Assembly: GCA_963730185.1 (NCBI GenBank)
Contig: CAVSQW010000012.1
Location: 128,001-192,000 of the forward strand
Length of the DNA stretch: 64,000 nucleotides
Reading direction: 5' to 3'
DNA from: an uncultured Gemmatimonadales bacterium
GTDB taxonomy: Bacteria > Gemmatimonadota > Gemmatimonadetes > Gemmatimonadales > GWC2-71-9
Below the pieces are notes generated by a model, which saw nothing but the letters and a program-made list of their open reading frames with translations, was not told the origin of the DNA and made no database searches. Position numbers and translations under genes: made by a program. Each line of letters starts with the position of its first letter. Position 1 is the first letter of the stretch. Below are positions 8,731 to 18,286 of the stretch, one piece after another.

Positions 8731-9863
8731 GGCTCGGGCTCCAGGACCTGGCAGTCCTCGGGGAGCCAGGCGGCGACGGCCCGGGCGCCGGCCCGCCACG
8801 GCACCGGCTTGATCAGCTGTCCTTCGTTGCGAAGGGCGACCTTCACCACCCCGCCGGCGTCCAACGCGACCAGGACGTGGATAGTCTCGCCGAGATAGAT
8901 CACGTCGCGCACGGTTCCGGGCAGGCCGTTCTCCTCGGGCGGCACCTGATCGGGCGGAAACACGTCCATCCACTCCGGCCGGATGGCAATGCGCACCTCG
9001 GCGCCGTCGGCCAGAGTCGGATGGTCCGGGACCAGGTATCGGGTCCCGTGTCCGGCCACCTCCCGGAGCACCTGCCCCGCCCGCCGATCGGTCCGTCCGT
9101 CGGCCCGTCCCACCAGCACGTTCGACTCGCCGATGAACGAGGCCACGAACTCGGTCCGGGGATCCTCGTACACTTCGGCCGGAGTGCCCAGCTGGGCGAT
9201 CCGGGCCTGGCCCATCACGGCGATCCGGTCGGACATGGTGAGGGCCTCCTCCTGGTCGTGGGTCACGTAGATGAAGGTGATCCCGAGCGACCGGTTGAGG
9301 GCCTTGAGCTCGAGCTGCATCTCCTTCCGGAGCTTGAGATCGAGCGCGCCGAGGGGCTCGTCGAGGAGGAGGATCCGGGGCTCGAGCACCAGGGCCCGGG
9401 CCAACGCCACGCGCTGGCGCTGCCCGCCCGACAGCTGCGAGGGCATCCGCCTGGCAAACCGGTCCGGCGCCAGGCGCACCAGGTCGAGCGCCCGCCGGAC
9501 CCGGTCGGGCACCTCGGCGCGGGGAATCCGGTGCTGCTCCAGGCCGAAGGCGACGTTCCGCTCGACGCTCAGATGAGGAAAGAGGGCGTAGCTCTGGAAG
9601 ACCATCCCCACGCCGCGCTCGTAGGGACGGAGCCGGTTGACGAGCCGACCGCCGATCCGGATCTCGCCGCCGTCGGGATCGGGACGCTCGAACCCGGCGA
9701 TCAGGCGGAGGGTCGTGGTCTTCCCGCATCCCGAGGGGCCGAGGAGCGAAAAGAACTCGCCCCCCTGGACCTCGAAGGACAGGTCGTCGACGGCCCGGGC
9801 CTCACCGAAGGTCTTGCTGACGCGGGCGAACTCGACCACCGCCCGGCGCGGGGTGTCGTCCAT
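8727..9863 (-). CDS. potA: Polyamine ABC transporter ATP-binding protein
   Basis: Walker A GPSGCGKTT, VFQSYALFPH, LSGGQRQR, LLLDEPLGALD, YVTHDQEEAL; TOBE-like C-terminus. Confidence 0.92.
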   Translation of the reverse strand: MDDTPRRAVVEFARVSKTFGEARAVDDLSFEVQGGEFFSLLGPSGCGKTTTLRLIAGFERPDPDGGEIRIGGRLVNRLRPYERGVGMVFQSYALFPHLSVERNVAFGLEQHRIPRAEVPDRVRRALDLVRLAPDRFARRMPSQLSGGQRQRVALARALVLEPRILLLDEPLGALDLKLRKEMQLELKALNRSLGITFIYVTHDQEEALTMSDRIAVMGQARIAQLGTPAEVYEDPRTEFVASFIGESNVLVGRADGRTDRRAGQVLREVAGHGTRYLVPDHPTLADGAEVRIAIRPEWMDVFPPDQVPPEENGLPGTVRDVIYLGETIHVLVALDAGGVVKVALRNEGQLIKPVPWRAGARAVAAWLPEDCQVLEPEP

Positions 9864-11221
9864 CAGCCCAGCGCGGCGCCGACGGCGGTCTCGAGCACGG
9901 CGAGGCCCTCCTCGAGCACCGGGTCGTCGATGGTGAGCGGCACGAGCACCCGGACCACGTTCCCGAAGGTGCCGGCCGTGAGCAGGACCAGCCCCCGGGA
10001 CAGCGCCTCCGCGACCACCCGTTGCGCGAGGTCCTTGCGAGGCGCCTTGGTGTCCCGATCCACGAGCTCGATGGCCAGCATGGCCCCGAGCCCTCGCACG
10101 TCGCCGATGGCCGGGTGCTGGCCGGCCAGATCGCAGAGGGTGCGCCGGATCCGGGCGCCGACCTGGGCGCCCCGCTCGGGGATCCGCTCGGATTGCATCA
10201 GGTCGAGTACGGCCAGGGCGGCGGCGCAGGCGAGCGGGTTACCGCCGTAGGTTCCGCCGAGCCCGGCCGGGTGAACCGCCTCCATCAGCTCGGCCCGGCC
10301 GGTCACGGCTGCGAGCGGGAGGCCGTCGGCCAGCGACTTGGCGGTGGTGATCAGGTCGGGCACCAGGCCGTAGTGATCCGAGGCGAAGAGGCGACCGGTC
10401 CGTCCGAACCCGGTCTGGATCTCGTCGGCGATGATCAGGATGCCGTTTTCCCGGCAGAATCGGGTGAGGGTCCGGACGAACTCGGGGGGCGCCGGGATGA
10501 ACCCGCCCTCGCCGGCCTCGAGCTCCACAATGACCGCCGCGACCTGGCTCGGGTCCACGATCGGGGCGAGCGTCTCCTCCCAATACCCGTCGCGGGCCCG
10601 GCAGCAGGGGCCCTCGGCCCGTCCACCCGCCGGCCCGTCCACCCCTCCGGCTTCACACCGATAGCAGTACGGGAAGGGAACCCGATAGACCTCCGGCGCG
10701 AAGGGGCCGAACCCCTTCTTGTAGGGCATCGCCTTGGAGGTAAGGGCCAGGGCGAGGTTGGTCCGACCGTGGAAGGCATGCTCGAAGGCGAGCACCGCCG
10801 GACGGCCGGTCGCGTACCGGGCGATCTTGACGGCGTTCTCGACCGCTTCCGCGCCGGAATTGACGAGCAGGGTGCGTTTCGGGTGGTCGCCGGGGGTGAG
10901 CGCGTTGAGCCGCTCCGCCAGCGCGACGTACGGTTCGTAAGCGGCGACGGAGAAACAGGTGTGGACCAAGCGGTCGAGCTGTTCGCGGACGGCCCCGACC
11001 ACCGCGGGGTGCCGGTGCCCGACGTTCAGGGTGCCGATGCCGCCGGCGAAGTCGACGAGGCGATTGCCGTCGGCGTCGATCAGCACGGCGTTCTCGCCGC
11101 CGACGACGGCGAGGGCGCTCGCGGTCGCCACGCCGCGCGGCACCGCCTCCGCCCGTCGGCGGGCCAGGGCTCGGCTCTCGGGGCCGGGGACCTCGGTCTT
11201 GAGCTGGATGGTCGGGGTCAT
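9863..11221 (-). CDS. gabT: 4-aminobutyrate--2-oxoglutarate transaminase (class III PLP)
   Basis: DFAGGIGTLNVGH, NSGAEAVENAVKIAR, FHGRT, GEGGF, DEIQTGFGRTG, AKSL, GGTYGGNP. Confidence 0.88.
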   Translation of the reverse strand: MTPTIQLKTEVPGPESRALARRRAEAVPRGVATASALAVVGGENAVLIDADGNRLVDFAGGIGTLNVGHRHPAVVGAVREQLDRLVHTCFSVAAYEPYVALAERLNALTPGDHPKRTLLVNSGAEAVENAVKIARYATGRPAVLAFEHAFHGRTNLALALTSKAMPYKKGFGPFAPEVYRVPFPYCYRCEAGGVDGPAGGRAEGPCCRARDGYWEETLAPIVDPSQVAAVIVELEAGEGGFIPAPPEFVRTLTRFCRENGILIIADEIQTGFGRTGRLFASDHYGLVPDLITTAKSLADGLPLAAVTGRAELMEAVHPAGLGGTYGGNPLACAAALAVLDLMQSERIPERGAQVGARIRRTLCDLAGQHPAIGDVRGLGAMLAIELVDRDTKAPRKDLAQRVVAEALSRGLVLLTAGTFGNVVRVLVPLTIDDPVLEEGLAVLETAVGAALG

Positions 11222-11248
11222 GGCAGTCGGGTGTCGGGTCTCGGCGGG

Positions 11249-11277
11249 AATGTGCGGCCCAGGTCCCCCGGGGGCAA
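11249..11277 (-). promoter_or_regulatory. Candidate promoter of gabT-potABCD (TTGCCC-N17-CACATT)
   Basis: Correct 17-nt spacing; a near-identical arrangement precedes the nitrilase operon. Confidence 0.45.
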
Positions 11278-11364
11278 GCGGCGCGGGAGCTCCAGCGGGC
11301 GTCTGGCCCGACCGGGGCCGACGGCGATAGGTTTGGAGCGACTCGCCCCCGAGCCGAGGTACCG

Positions 11365-12042
11365 GTGGCCCACTCGGTCTCCCGACATCTGAATCTCGCG
11401 ATCCAGGACTACGACGTCCTGATCCGCCGTTTCATCCCGAGCTACGATCGGATGCTGGACGAGGTGGTGGAGCGGATCGGCGCGGCCTCGCCCAGGCTGG
11501 TGCTGGACCTGGGATCGGGCACCGGGGCGCTGGCGGAGCGGTTGCTGGCTCGGATTCCGGGCGTCGTCGTGGAGCTCTGGGACGTCGACCCGGCAATGCT
11601 CGACGTGGCGGGCGAGCGGGTCCGCCGCTACGGCGAGCGCGCCCGCCCCGTACTCCGCTCGTACGACGAGGCGCTGCCGGCCGTCGGCGGCGTGATGGCG
11701 TCGCTCTCCCTCCACCACCTGCCCTCGATCGAGGCCAAGGCGGCGCTCTTTCATCGAATCGGAGCTGCCCTGGGGCCGGGAGGCGTCTTCGTCAACGGCG
11801 ACGTGACCATGTCGGCCGACCCGGCGGAACGGGCGGTCAGCTTCGATCGCTGGGAGGCCCACATGGCGACGCAAGCGATCGACGCCGCCGAGGCGCGAGG
11901 ACACTTCGCGGACTGGGCCGGCGAGGACACCTACCTGCCGCTCGACCAGGAGCTCTCGGCCCTCACCACCGCCGGGCTCGAGGCGGAGCTGGCGTGGCGG
12001 GACGATCCGCTGACGGTCATCGCCGGGAGGAAACCATCATGA
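11365..12042 (+). CDS. Class I SAM-dependent methyltransferase
   Basis: VLDLGSGTG, DVDPAML, SLSLHHL, LGPGGVFVNGD. Confidence 0.85.
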   Translation: MAHSVSRHLNLAIQDYDVLIRRFIPSYDRMLDEVVERIGAASPRLVLDLGSGTGALAERLLARIPGVVVELWDVDPAMLDVAGERVRRYGERARPVLRSYDEALPAVGGVMASLSLHHLPSIEAKAALFHRIGAALGPGGVFVNGDVTMSADPAERAVSFDRWEAHMATQAIDAAEARGHFADWAGEDTYLPLDQELSALTTAGLEAELAWRDDPLTVIAGRKPS

Positions 12043-12593
12043 TGGATCGACGCGATTGGCTCGCCGCGGTCGGGGCGGCGGTCTCGACCGCCATGCTGGC
12101 GCCGCTCACGCCGCTGGAGCGGATCGAGGTCGGTCGCCGGGTGCACGGGCTCGCGGCCGCGGGTCGAGCCGGCGTACTCGCCGATCACGAGCTGGCCCTG
12201 GTGGGGACCCTCGCCGATCTGATCATTCCCCGGACCGACACCCCGGGCGCCACGGACGTGGGAGTCCCGGCCTTCGTGGATTTCCTGATGGCCGACTGGT
12301 ACGACGACCGGGAGCGGAGCGACTTCCGCCGCGGCCTCGCCGGAATCGACGCTCGAGGCACCCAACGCTTCGGGGCGACGACCGACGGGCTCACCCCGGC
12401 TCAGCGAACGGAGCTGCTGACCTCGCTCGACGGAGCCCAGGGAGACGCCGCCAGCGCCGAGGGCGCCTTCGGGCGGCTCAAGTCGCTCACCGTCTACGGG
12501 TACTTCACCTCGGAGCGAGTCCAGGAGGAGGTGCTCCACACCGTGATCATCCCCGGTCGGTTCGACGGCTGCGTCCCCTTCCCCGTCCACTGA
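12039..12593 (+). CDS. Gluconate 2-dehydrogenase subunit 3 family protein (Tat carrier subunit)
   Basis: DRRDWL Tat motif; IIPRTDTPGATDVGVPAFVD; LKSLTVYGYFTSE; IPGRFDGC; directly upstream of a GMC gene. Confidence 0.88.
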   Translation: MMDRRDWLAAVGAAVSTAMLAPLTPLERIEVGRRVHGLAAAGRAGVLADHELALVGTLADLIIPRTDTPGATDVGVPAFVDFLMADWYDDRERSDFRRGLAGIDARGTQRFGATTDGLTPAQRTELLTSLDGAQGDAASAEGAFGRLKSLTVYGYFTSERVQEEVLHTVIIPGRFDGCVPFPVH

Positions 12594-12606
12594 CCGGCAG
12601 CCGCCC

Positions 12607-14212
12607 ATGCAACGAGCGACGACCAGATTCGACGCGATCGTGGTGGGGTCGGGCATCACCGGCGGCTGGGCCGCCAAGGAGCTGACCGAACGGGGGCTCC
12701 GGACGCTGGTCCTGGAAGCGGGGCGCAACATCACCCCGGCCAAGGACTACGTCGAGCACGTCCAGGCCTGGCAGATGCCGTTCCGCGGCTACGGCGACCG
12801 GCGGACGCCGGAGCGCGACCAGCCGATCCAGAAGAACTGTTACGCCTGCGACGAGCTAGGCTCCCGCTTCTTCGTCAACGATCGCGAGAATCCGTACGTC
12901 TTCGACGAGGACAAGCCGTTCCACTGGATTCGGGGACGGCACCTCGGGGGACGGTCGATCACCTGGGGCCGGCAGGTGTACCCGCTGGAGCGATCTCGAC
13001 TTCGAGGCCAACCTGCGAGACGGCATCGGCGTGGACTGGCCGATCCGCTACGCCGACATCGAGCCCTGGTACGGCCACGTCGAGCGGTTCATCGGGATCT
13101 CGGGACAGGCGGAAGGGTTGTCGCAACTCCCGGACGGCGAGTTCCTCCCCCCGATGCAGCTCCGCTGCGCCGAGGAGGTGGTCCGGGACGCGGCCGCGAA
13201 GAAGTGGGGCCGGGAGCGGGGCTGCATCACCCACTCCTACTTCTCCAGCCTGGGCTCGACCCTCCCGGCGGCGCGAGCCACCGGCCGACTGACCCTCCGC
13301 CCGGACAGCGTGGTGGAAAGCGTCCTCTACGATCCCAAGCGTGGCCGGGCCCGTGGCGTGCGGGTGATCGACGCCGTGACGATGGCGGTGACCGAGTACG
13401 AGGCCCGGCTCGTGTTCCTCTGCGCCTCGGCGCTCGAATCCGCCCGGATCCTGCTCAACTCCACCAGCGAGCGCTGGCCGGCCGGACTCGCGAACTCGAG
13501 CGGCGAGCTGGGACAGAACGTGATGGATCACTGTTTCGGCGCGGGCGCGAACGGCGAGATCCCCGGGATGCTGGACCGCGACTCGTACGGCGCCCGTCCG
13601 AACGGGGTCTACGTGCCCCGGTTCCGGAACGTCACCCGGAAGCACCCGGACTTCGTCCGAGGCTACGGGTTCCAGGGCGGGGCCTCGCGCTCGGGATGGG
13701 GCCGCGGCGGCAAGGGCTTCGGCGCCGACTACAAGGAGAGTCTCATTCACGACAAAGGACCCTGGCGGATGGGACTCGGCGGGTGGGGTGAGATGCTGCC
13801 CCGGGCGGACAACTACGTGGCGCTCGACGCCACGCTCAAGGACAAGTGGGGGGTCCCGGCCCTCCGGGTCCACTGCACCCACGGTCCCAACGAGCGAGCC
13901 ATCCTCGAGGACGTGCAGCAGACCGCGGCCGAGATGCTCGACGCCGCGGGAGCGAAGAACATCTCGACCTACGACAGCCACCTGCCGCCCGGCCTCTGCA
14001 TCCACGAGATGGGAACCGCCCGGATGGGACGCGATCCGAAGACCTCGGTGCTCAACGGCCACAACCAGTGCCACGACGTCCCCAACCTCTTCCTGACCGA
14101 CGGCGCCTGCATGGCGTCCTCGGCCTGCCAGAACCCGTCGATCACCTACATGGCGCTCACGGCCCGGGCCGCCGCCTGGGCGGTCGGCCAACTCAAACGA
14201 AACGCCCTCTGA
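12607..14212 (+). CDS. GMC-family FAD oxidoreductase (glycoside 3-dehydrogenase-like); one frameshift and an apparent in-frame deletion
   Basis: VVGSGITGGWAAKEL, RGRHLGGRSITWGRQ. An extra C near 12981 breaks QVYRWSDLDFEAN. The second frame has DWPIRY, IHEMGTARMG, DGACMASSACQNPSITYMALTARA. Confidence 0.88.
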
Positions 14213-14214
14213 GG

Positions 14215-15042
14215 ATGCGACGCCGCGACCTGCTCCAGGCCCTGGCCGCGATCGGCCTCCTGCCCCGCTTCGGACGTCGGGTCGACCGGCTCGAGCGGAT
14301 CGGGATCCAGCTCTACACCGTGCGCGACCCGGTGGCGAAGGACTTCGAGGGCACGCTGGCCGCGCTCCATGCGATCGGCTTTCGCGAGGTCGAGTTCGCC
14401 GGCTATCCGAAGGGGCTGAGCGGCCCCGAGGTGGCGGCGATGCTGGGTCGGGTCGGTCTGACCGGGCCGTCGGCCCACATCGGGATGAGCGAGATCCGCG
14501 ATCGGTGGGAGGCGACGCTCGACTTTGCTCGGGCGGTCGGTCATCGCTACCTCGCGGTGGCGTCGGTGCCCGCGCCCGACCGGAGCTCGGCCGAGGCCTA
14601 CCGGCGGCTCGGCGCCGAGCTGAACCGGGCGGGCGAGGCCGCCAGGGCCAAAGGCATCCAGCTCTGCTACCACAACCACGACGTCGAGTTCGAGCGGTTC
14701 GACGGACGCCTGGCCTACGACCTCCTCCTCGAGGGCGTCGACGCCGACCTGGTGACGTTCGAGCTCGACGTCTACTGGATGATCCACGGCGGCGAGGATC
14801 CGGTGGCCTACTTCTCCCGGTGGCCGGGACGGTTCCCGCTGCTCCACCTCAAGGACATGGACCGGACGGCCGCGCGGGACTTCACCGAGCTGGGCCGGGG
14901 TCGAATCGACTTTGCCCGGATTCTCGTAGGGTCCAGGCAGGGTGGTGCTCGACACTACTTCTACGAACAGGACCGCACTCCGGGAGATCCGCTCGCCAGC
15001 GCCCGGGTGAGCTACTCCTACCTCGAGTCGCTACGCTTCTAG
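14215..15042 (+). CDS. Sugar phosphate isomerase/epimerase (xylose isomerase-like TIM barrel), Tat signal
   Basis: MRRRDLL; GIQLYTVR, EVEFAG, YHNHDVEF, FELDVYW, HLKD, ELGRGRIDF, YEQD. Confidence 0.88.
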   Translation: MRRRDLLQALAAIGLLPRFGRRVDRLERIGIQLYTVRDPVAKDFEGTLAALHAIGFREVEFAGYPKGLSGPEVAAMLGRVGLTGPSAHIGMSEIRDRWEATLDFARAVGHRYLAVASVPAPDRSSAEAYRRLGAELNRAGEAARAKGIQLCYHNHDVEFERFDGRLAYDLLLEGVDADLVTFELDVYWMIHGGEDPVAYFSRWPGRFPLLHLKDMDRTAARDFTELGRGRIDFARILVGSRQGGARHYFYEQDRTPGDPLASARVSYSYLESLRF

Positions 15043-15075
15043 ACTCGGGCTCGGCGCGGTCCGGGAGACCGCATC

Positions 15076-15990
15076 ATGGGCCCGTCGATCCTCTGGATAA
15101 CGCTCGCCCTCGCTTGGCTCGGCCAAGGCCCCCGCCCGCCGGAACCCGGCCGGGTGCGGACCATCGCCGACTCGATCCCGGTCGGCACCGGAGGGCTCGC
15201 GCTGGGCCCCGACGGCAACCTCTATCAAGCCGACTTCGGCGCGACCCTGAACCGGGGCCCGGTCGGCACCCGGGTAATGCAGATCCGGCCCGACGGTCGG
15301 ACGAGGGTGTTCGCGACCGGGTTCCGCGGCGCCTCGGGCAACACCTTCGATCCCGACGGCAACCTGCTCCAGTCGAACGTCGCGGGAAATACGCTGAGTC
15401 TGATCCGGCCGGACGGCACGGTACGCACCGTCGTCGATTCGGGCCTCGTCAACCCGGTGGGGGTGACCCGCGGGCCGGACGGCGCCTACTACGTGGCCAA
15501 TTGCGGCAACAACACGATTCGCCGGGTAACGCTCGAGGGCGCCTCGACCGTCTTCTCCACCGACTCCCTCCTCCAATGCCCGAACGGCATCACGCTGGCC
15601 GGTGACGGCAACCTCTACGTCGCCAACTTCAGGAACGGCGACGTGGTGCGAATCGACCGTCAAGGTCTCGGCTCGCGCCTGACAACGCTGCCCGGCCACA
15701 ACAACGGTCACCTGATCTTCGGAAACGGGGTGCTCTACGTCGTGGGTCGGAAGGCCAACCAGCTGTTCGAGGTCACGTTGGACGGTCGGTACCGCGCCAT
15801 CGCCGGCACCGGCGAGCGCGGGGGCCGGGACGGGCCGGCGGCCGAGGCCACCCTGTCCCTCCCCAACGACGTGGCCCTGAGCCCCGACGGCCTGACGCTC
15901 TACTTCTGCGAAGTGGCGGCCGCAGGGCCTGGAGACCAGGTTCTGGCGCCGACCCGGGTCCGAGCCCTGACGCTGCACCGGTCCCGATAG
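15076..15990 (+). CDS. Secreted NHL/SMP-30 (gluconolactonase-like) beta-propeller protein
   Basis: Repeated blades GLALGPDGNLY, FDPDGNLL, PVGVTRGPDGAYYVAN, PNGITLAGDGNLYVAN, PNDVALSPDG; hydrophobic N-terminus. Confidence 0.8.
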   Translation: MGPSILWITLALAWLGQGPRPPEPGRVRTIADSIPVGTGGLALGPDGNLYQADFGATLNRGPVGTRVMQIRPDGRTRVFATGFRGASGNTFDPDGNLLQSNVAGNTLSLIRPDGTVRTVVDSGLVNPVGVTRGPDGAYYVANCGNNTIRRVTLEGASTVFSTDSLLQCPNGITLAGDGNLYVANFRNGDVVRIDRQGLGSRLTTLPGHNNGHLIFGNGVLYVVGRKANQLFEVTLDGRYRAIAGTGERGGRDGPAAEATLSLPNDVALSPDGLTLYFCEVAAAGPGDQVLAPTRVRALTLHRSR

Positions 15991-16068
15991 GCGCTTGCCC
16001 CCGGGCAAAGACGGCGGCATTGTCCCTGACACCGGCGCCGACCGGCGCCGTCGCGTCAGGAGACCACC

Positions 16069-16927
16069 ATGCCCCCGATCAGCCGCCGGGCCGCGCTCGC
16101 CGCGATCGCCGGTTCCGCCGTCGCGCTGCCCCACGCCACCCACCTCGTCGCGGCGCCGGCCACGAGCCGACCCGGCCGACTCCGGCAGTCGGTGTGCCGT
16201 TGGTGCTACGCCGACCTTCCGCTCGACGAGCTCTGCCGGAACGCCAAAGCGATCGGGCTGAAGTCGGTCGAGCTCCTGAGCGAGTCGGAATGGAGCGTGC
16301 CGGCGAAGTACGGACTCACCTGCGCGATGGCCAACGGGCCGTCGACCATCCCGGTGGGCTTCAACCGGCCGAACGAGCACGACCGGCTGGTGGCCGAGTC
16401 GGAGCGGCTGCTGCCGCTCGTGGCGGCGGCGAGGCTGCCGAACATGATCGTGTTCTCGGGCAATCGCGGCGGGATGGGCGACGAGGAGGGGCTGGAGAAC
16501 TGCGTCCGCGGTCTGGGCCGGATCATCCCGACCGCCGAGAGGCTCGGCGTGACGGTGTGCATGGAGCTCCTCAACAGCAAGGTGGACCACAAGGACTACA
16601 TGTGCGACCACACGGCCTGGGGCGTGGAGCTGGCCCAGCGCGTGGGCTCGCCGCGGTTCAAGCTGCTGTACGACATCTACCACATGCAGATCATGGAAGG
16701 CGACGTGATCCGCACCATCCGCGACAACGCCCCGTTTCTCGGGCCACTTCCACACCGGCGGCGTTCCCGGCCGCCACGAGATCGACGACACTCAGGAGCT
16801 CAACTACCCCGCGGTGATGCAGGCCATCGCCGAGACCGGCTTCAACGGGTTCGTGGCGCAGGAGTTCATCCCGACCCGCGACCCGATGACGTCGCTCCGC
16901 CAGGGGGTCGCGGAGTGTACGGTTTGA
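16069..16927 (+). CDS. Hydroxypyruvate isomerase-family TIM barrel protein, Tat signal; one frameshift near 16742
   Basis: SRRAAL; QSVCRWCY, VFSGNR, MELLNSKVDHKDY, LLYDIYHMQIMEGD. Removing one G restores GHFHTGGVPGRHEIDDTQELNY...QEFIP to TGA 16927. Confidence 0.85.
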
Positions 16928-16951
16928 CGGTGGACCGCTCCGGCGAGCGGG

Positions 16952-18286
16952 TCAGGCGAGTCGGATGGCCGGCGGGGCCGCGCGGGTGGCCACGAACCGG
17001 GCGACCTCGCGGTGTTGGGGAAACTCGGTGAGATAGGCCTCGCGCCACGCGATGAGGAGGCGATCGCGGTCGGTCGATGCGATCAGGGCCCAGACCGCTC
17101 CGCCGAAGCCCGCGCCGAAGGCCGAGGCGGCGACGGCGCCGAACTGGCGGGCCGTCCGGGCCAGGGAGATGGTTTCGGGAATCTGGTTGCCCAAGCCGCG
17201 CTCGGCGCCGGCCTGGGACGCCGCCACCACCTGGCCGAGCTCGGCGAGATCACCGCGGGCGAGGGCATCGGCGGCGGCCGGGATGAGCACCCGGGTCTCC
17301 CGGTCCAGCTGCTGGAGCCGGCGGAGCATCCGATCGCGGCGCTCCGGGTCGACCTCGCGGGTCGCGATGATCTCGCGAAACCGGTCGGCCGATTCGGGTC
17401 CCCGGTCGAGCGCCGCTCCCAGCGTGGGAGCACCGTCGGCCGCGTGGCCCACCACCGCCCAGATCTCGGCCGTGGTCCGGGCGATGGCGTTGTAGTGCTC
17501 CAGAGCCCGTCCAGTCTTCTCCGCCACCACCCCGCTCGACGCGATCACGAACTCGAACCCGGCCGGGAGCGGGACCGCGCCTTCGAAGCGGACCGGATCC
17601 CAGCCGTACCGCACCAGGGCCCCGGGGCGGGAGCAAAGGATGGCCGTCTGGTCCTGGCTCCCGCTCATGGTGCCGACGCCCTCGTACTCGTCGAACCCCC
17701 CGAACGGGCGGCCGCTCTCGAGGGCGCCGAGATATCCGGCCAGGTGCTCGAGGTCGGGAATCGCCGAGCGGAACCGCTCCGTCTCGCGGATCCCGGCCCG
17801 CTCCAGCAGCACCAGCGCCAGACCGACGACCAGGGCGCTCGAGCTGCTCACCCCGGCGGCCCGAGGCAAATCGCTGGCGAACGCGACGTCGGCGCCTTGC
17901 CAGGCGATCGGAAAGTCGCGAGCCAGGCGGCGGACAACGGTGATGGCGTAGTTGCCCCAGTCGCCGGGACGGGGCGGGACGGCGGGGTCGATCTCGATCC
18001 GCCGCGACTCGCCGGAGACGGCGTCGATCACCACCAGCAACGGTTCCGGCCGGGGGCGGGCGGCGAAGGCAATGCCCTGCTCCGTCGCGCACACCAGACT
18101 CCGGCCGCCGGCGTAGTCGGTATGCTTGCCGAGAAACTCGATCCGCCCCGGGGCGTGCAGGGCGATCTCGACGGCGCCAGGGTCGCCTCGCAGTCCGCTT
18201 CGCGCCCGCTCGAAGAGTGCCTCCCGTCGGCCGGCCTCGGCCTCGCCGAACCCGGCGGCGCGGAGGGCCGGGTCGAGAGTCGCCAT
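16952..18286 (-). CDS. GHMP-family sugar kinase (galactokinase-like, atypical sugar-binding motif)
   Basis: ATG 18286 coupled to the upstream stop; APGRIEFLGKHTDY, SDLPRAAGVSSSSA, SGSQDQ, SAFGAGFGG. Confidence 0.85.
   Translation of the reverse strand: MATLDPALRAAGFGEAEAGRREALFERARSGLRGDPGAVEIALHAPGRIEFLGKHTDYAGGRSLVCATEQGIAFAARPRPEPLLVVIDAVSGESRRIEIDPAVPPRPGDWGNYAITVVRRLARDFPIAWQGADVAFASDLPRAAGVSSSSALVVGLALVLLERAGIRETERFRSAIPDLEHLAGYLGALESGRPFGGFDEYEGVGTMSGSQDQTAILCSRPGALVRYGWDPVRFEGAVPLPAGFEFVIASSGVVAEKTGRALEHYNAIARTTAEIWAVVGHAADGAPTLGAALDRGPESADRFREIIATREVDPERRDRMLRRLQQLDRETRVLIPAAADALARGDLAELGQVVAASQAGAERGLGNQIPETISLARTARQFGAVAASAFGAGFGGAVWALIASTDRDRLLIAWREAYLTEFPQHREVARFVATRAAPPAIRLA

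Noticed and set aside
7064..9729. Apparent long N-terminal extensions or fusions of potB/potC (also of the kinase, nucleotidyltransferase, SSS, GH53 and TetR ORFs)
   Set aside because: Artifacts of first-start ORF calling; the true starts overlap the upstream stop codons (GTGA/ATGA/TGATG) or lie just after them.
12975..12990. Programmed ribosomal frameshifting at this or other frameshift sites
   Set aside because: No slippery heptamers seen; indels are scattered over unrelated genes, which fits sequencing error better.
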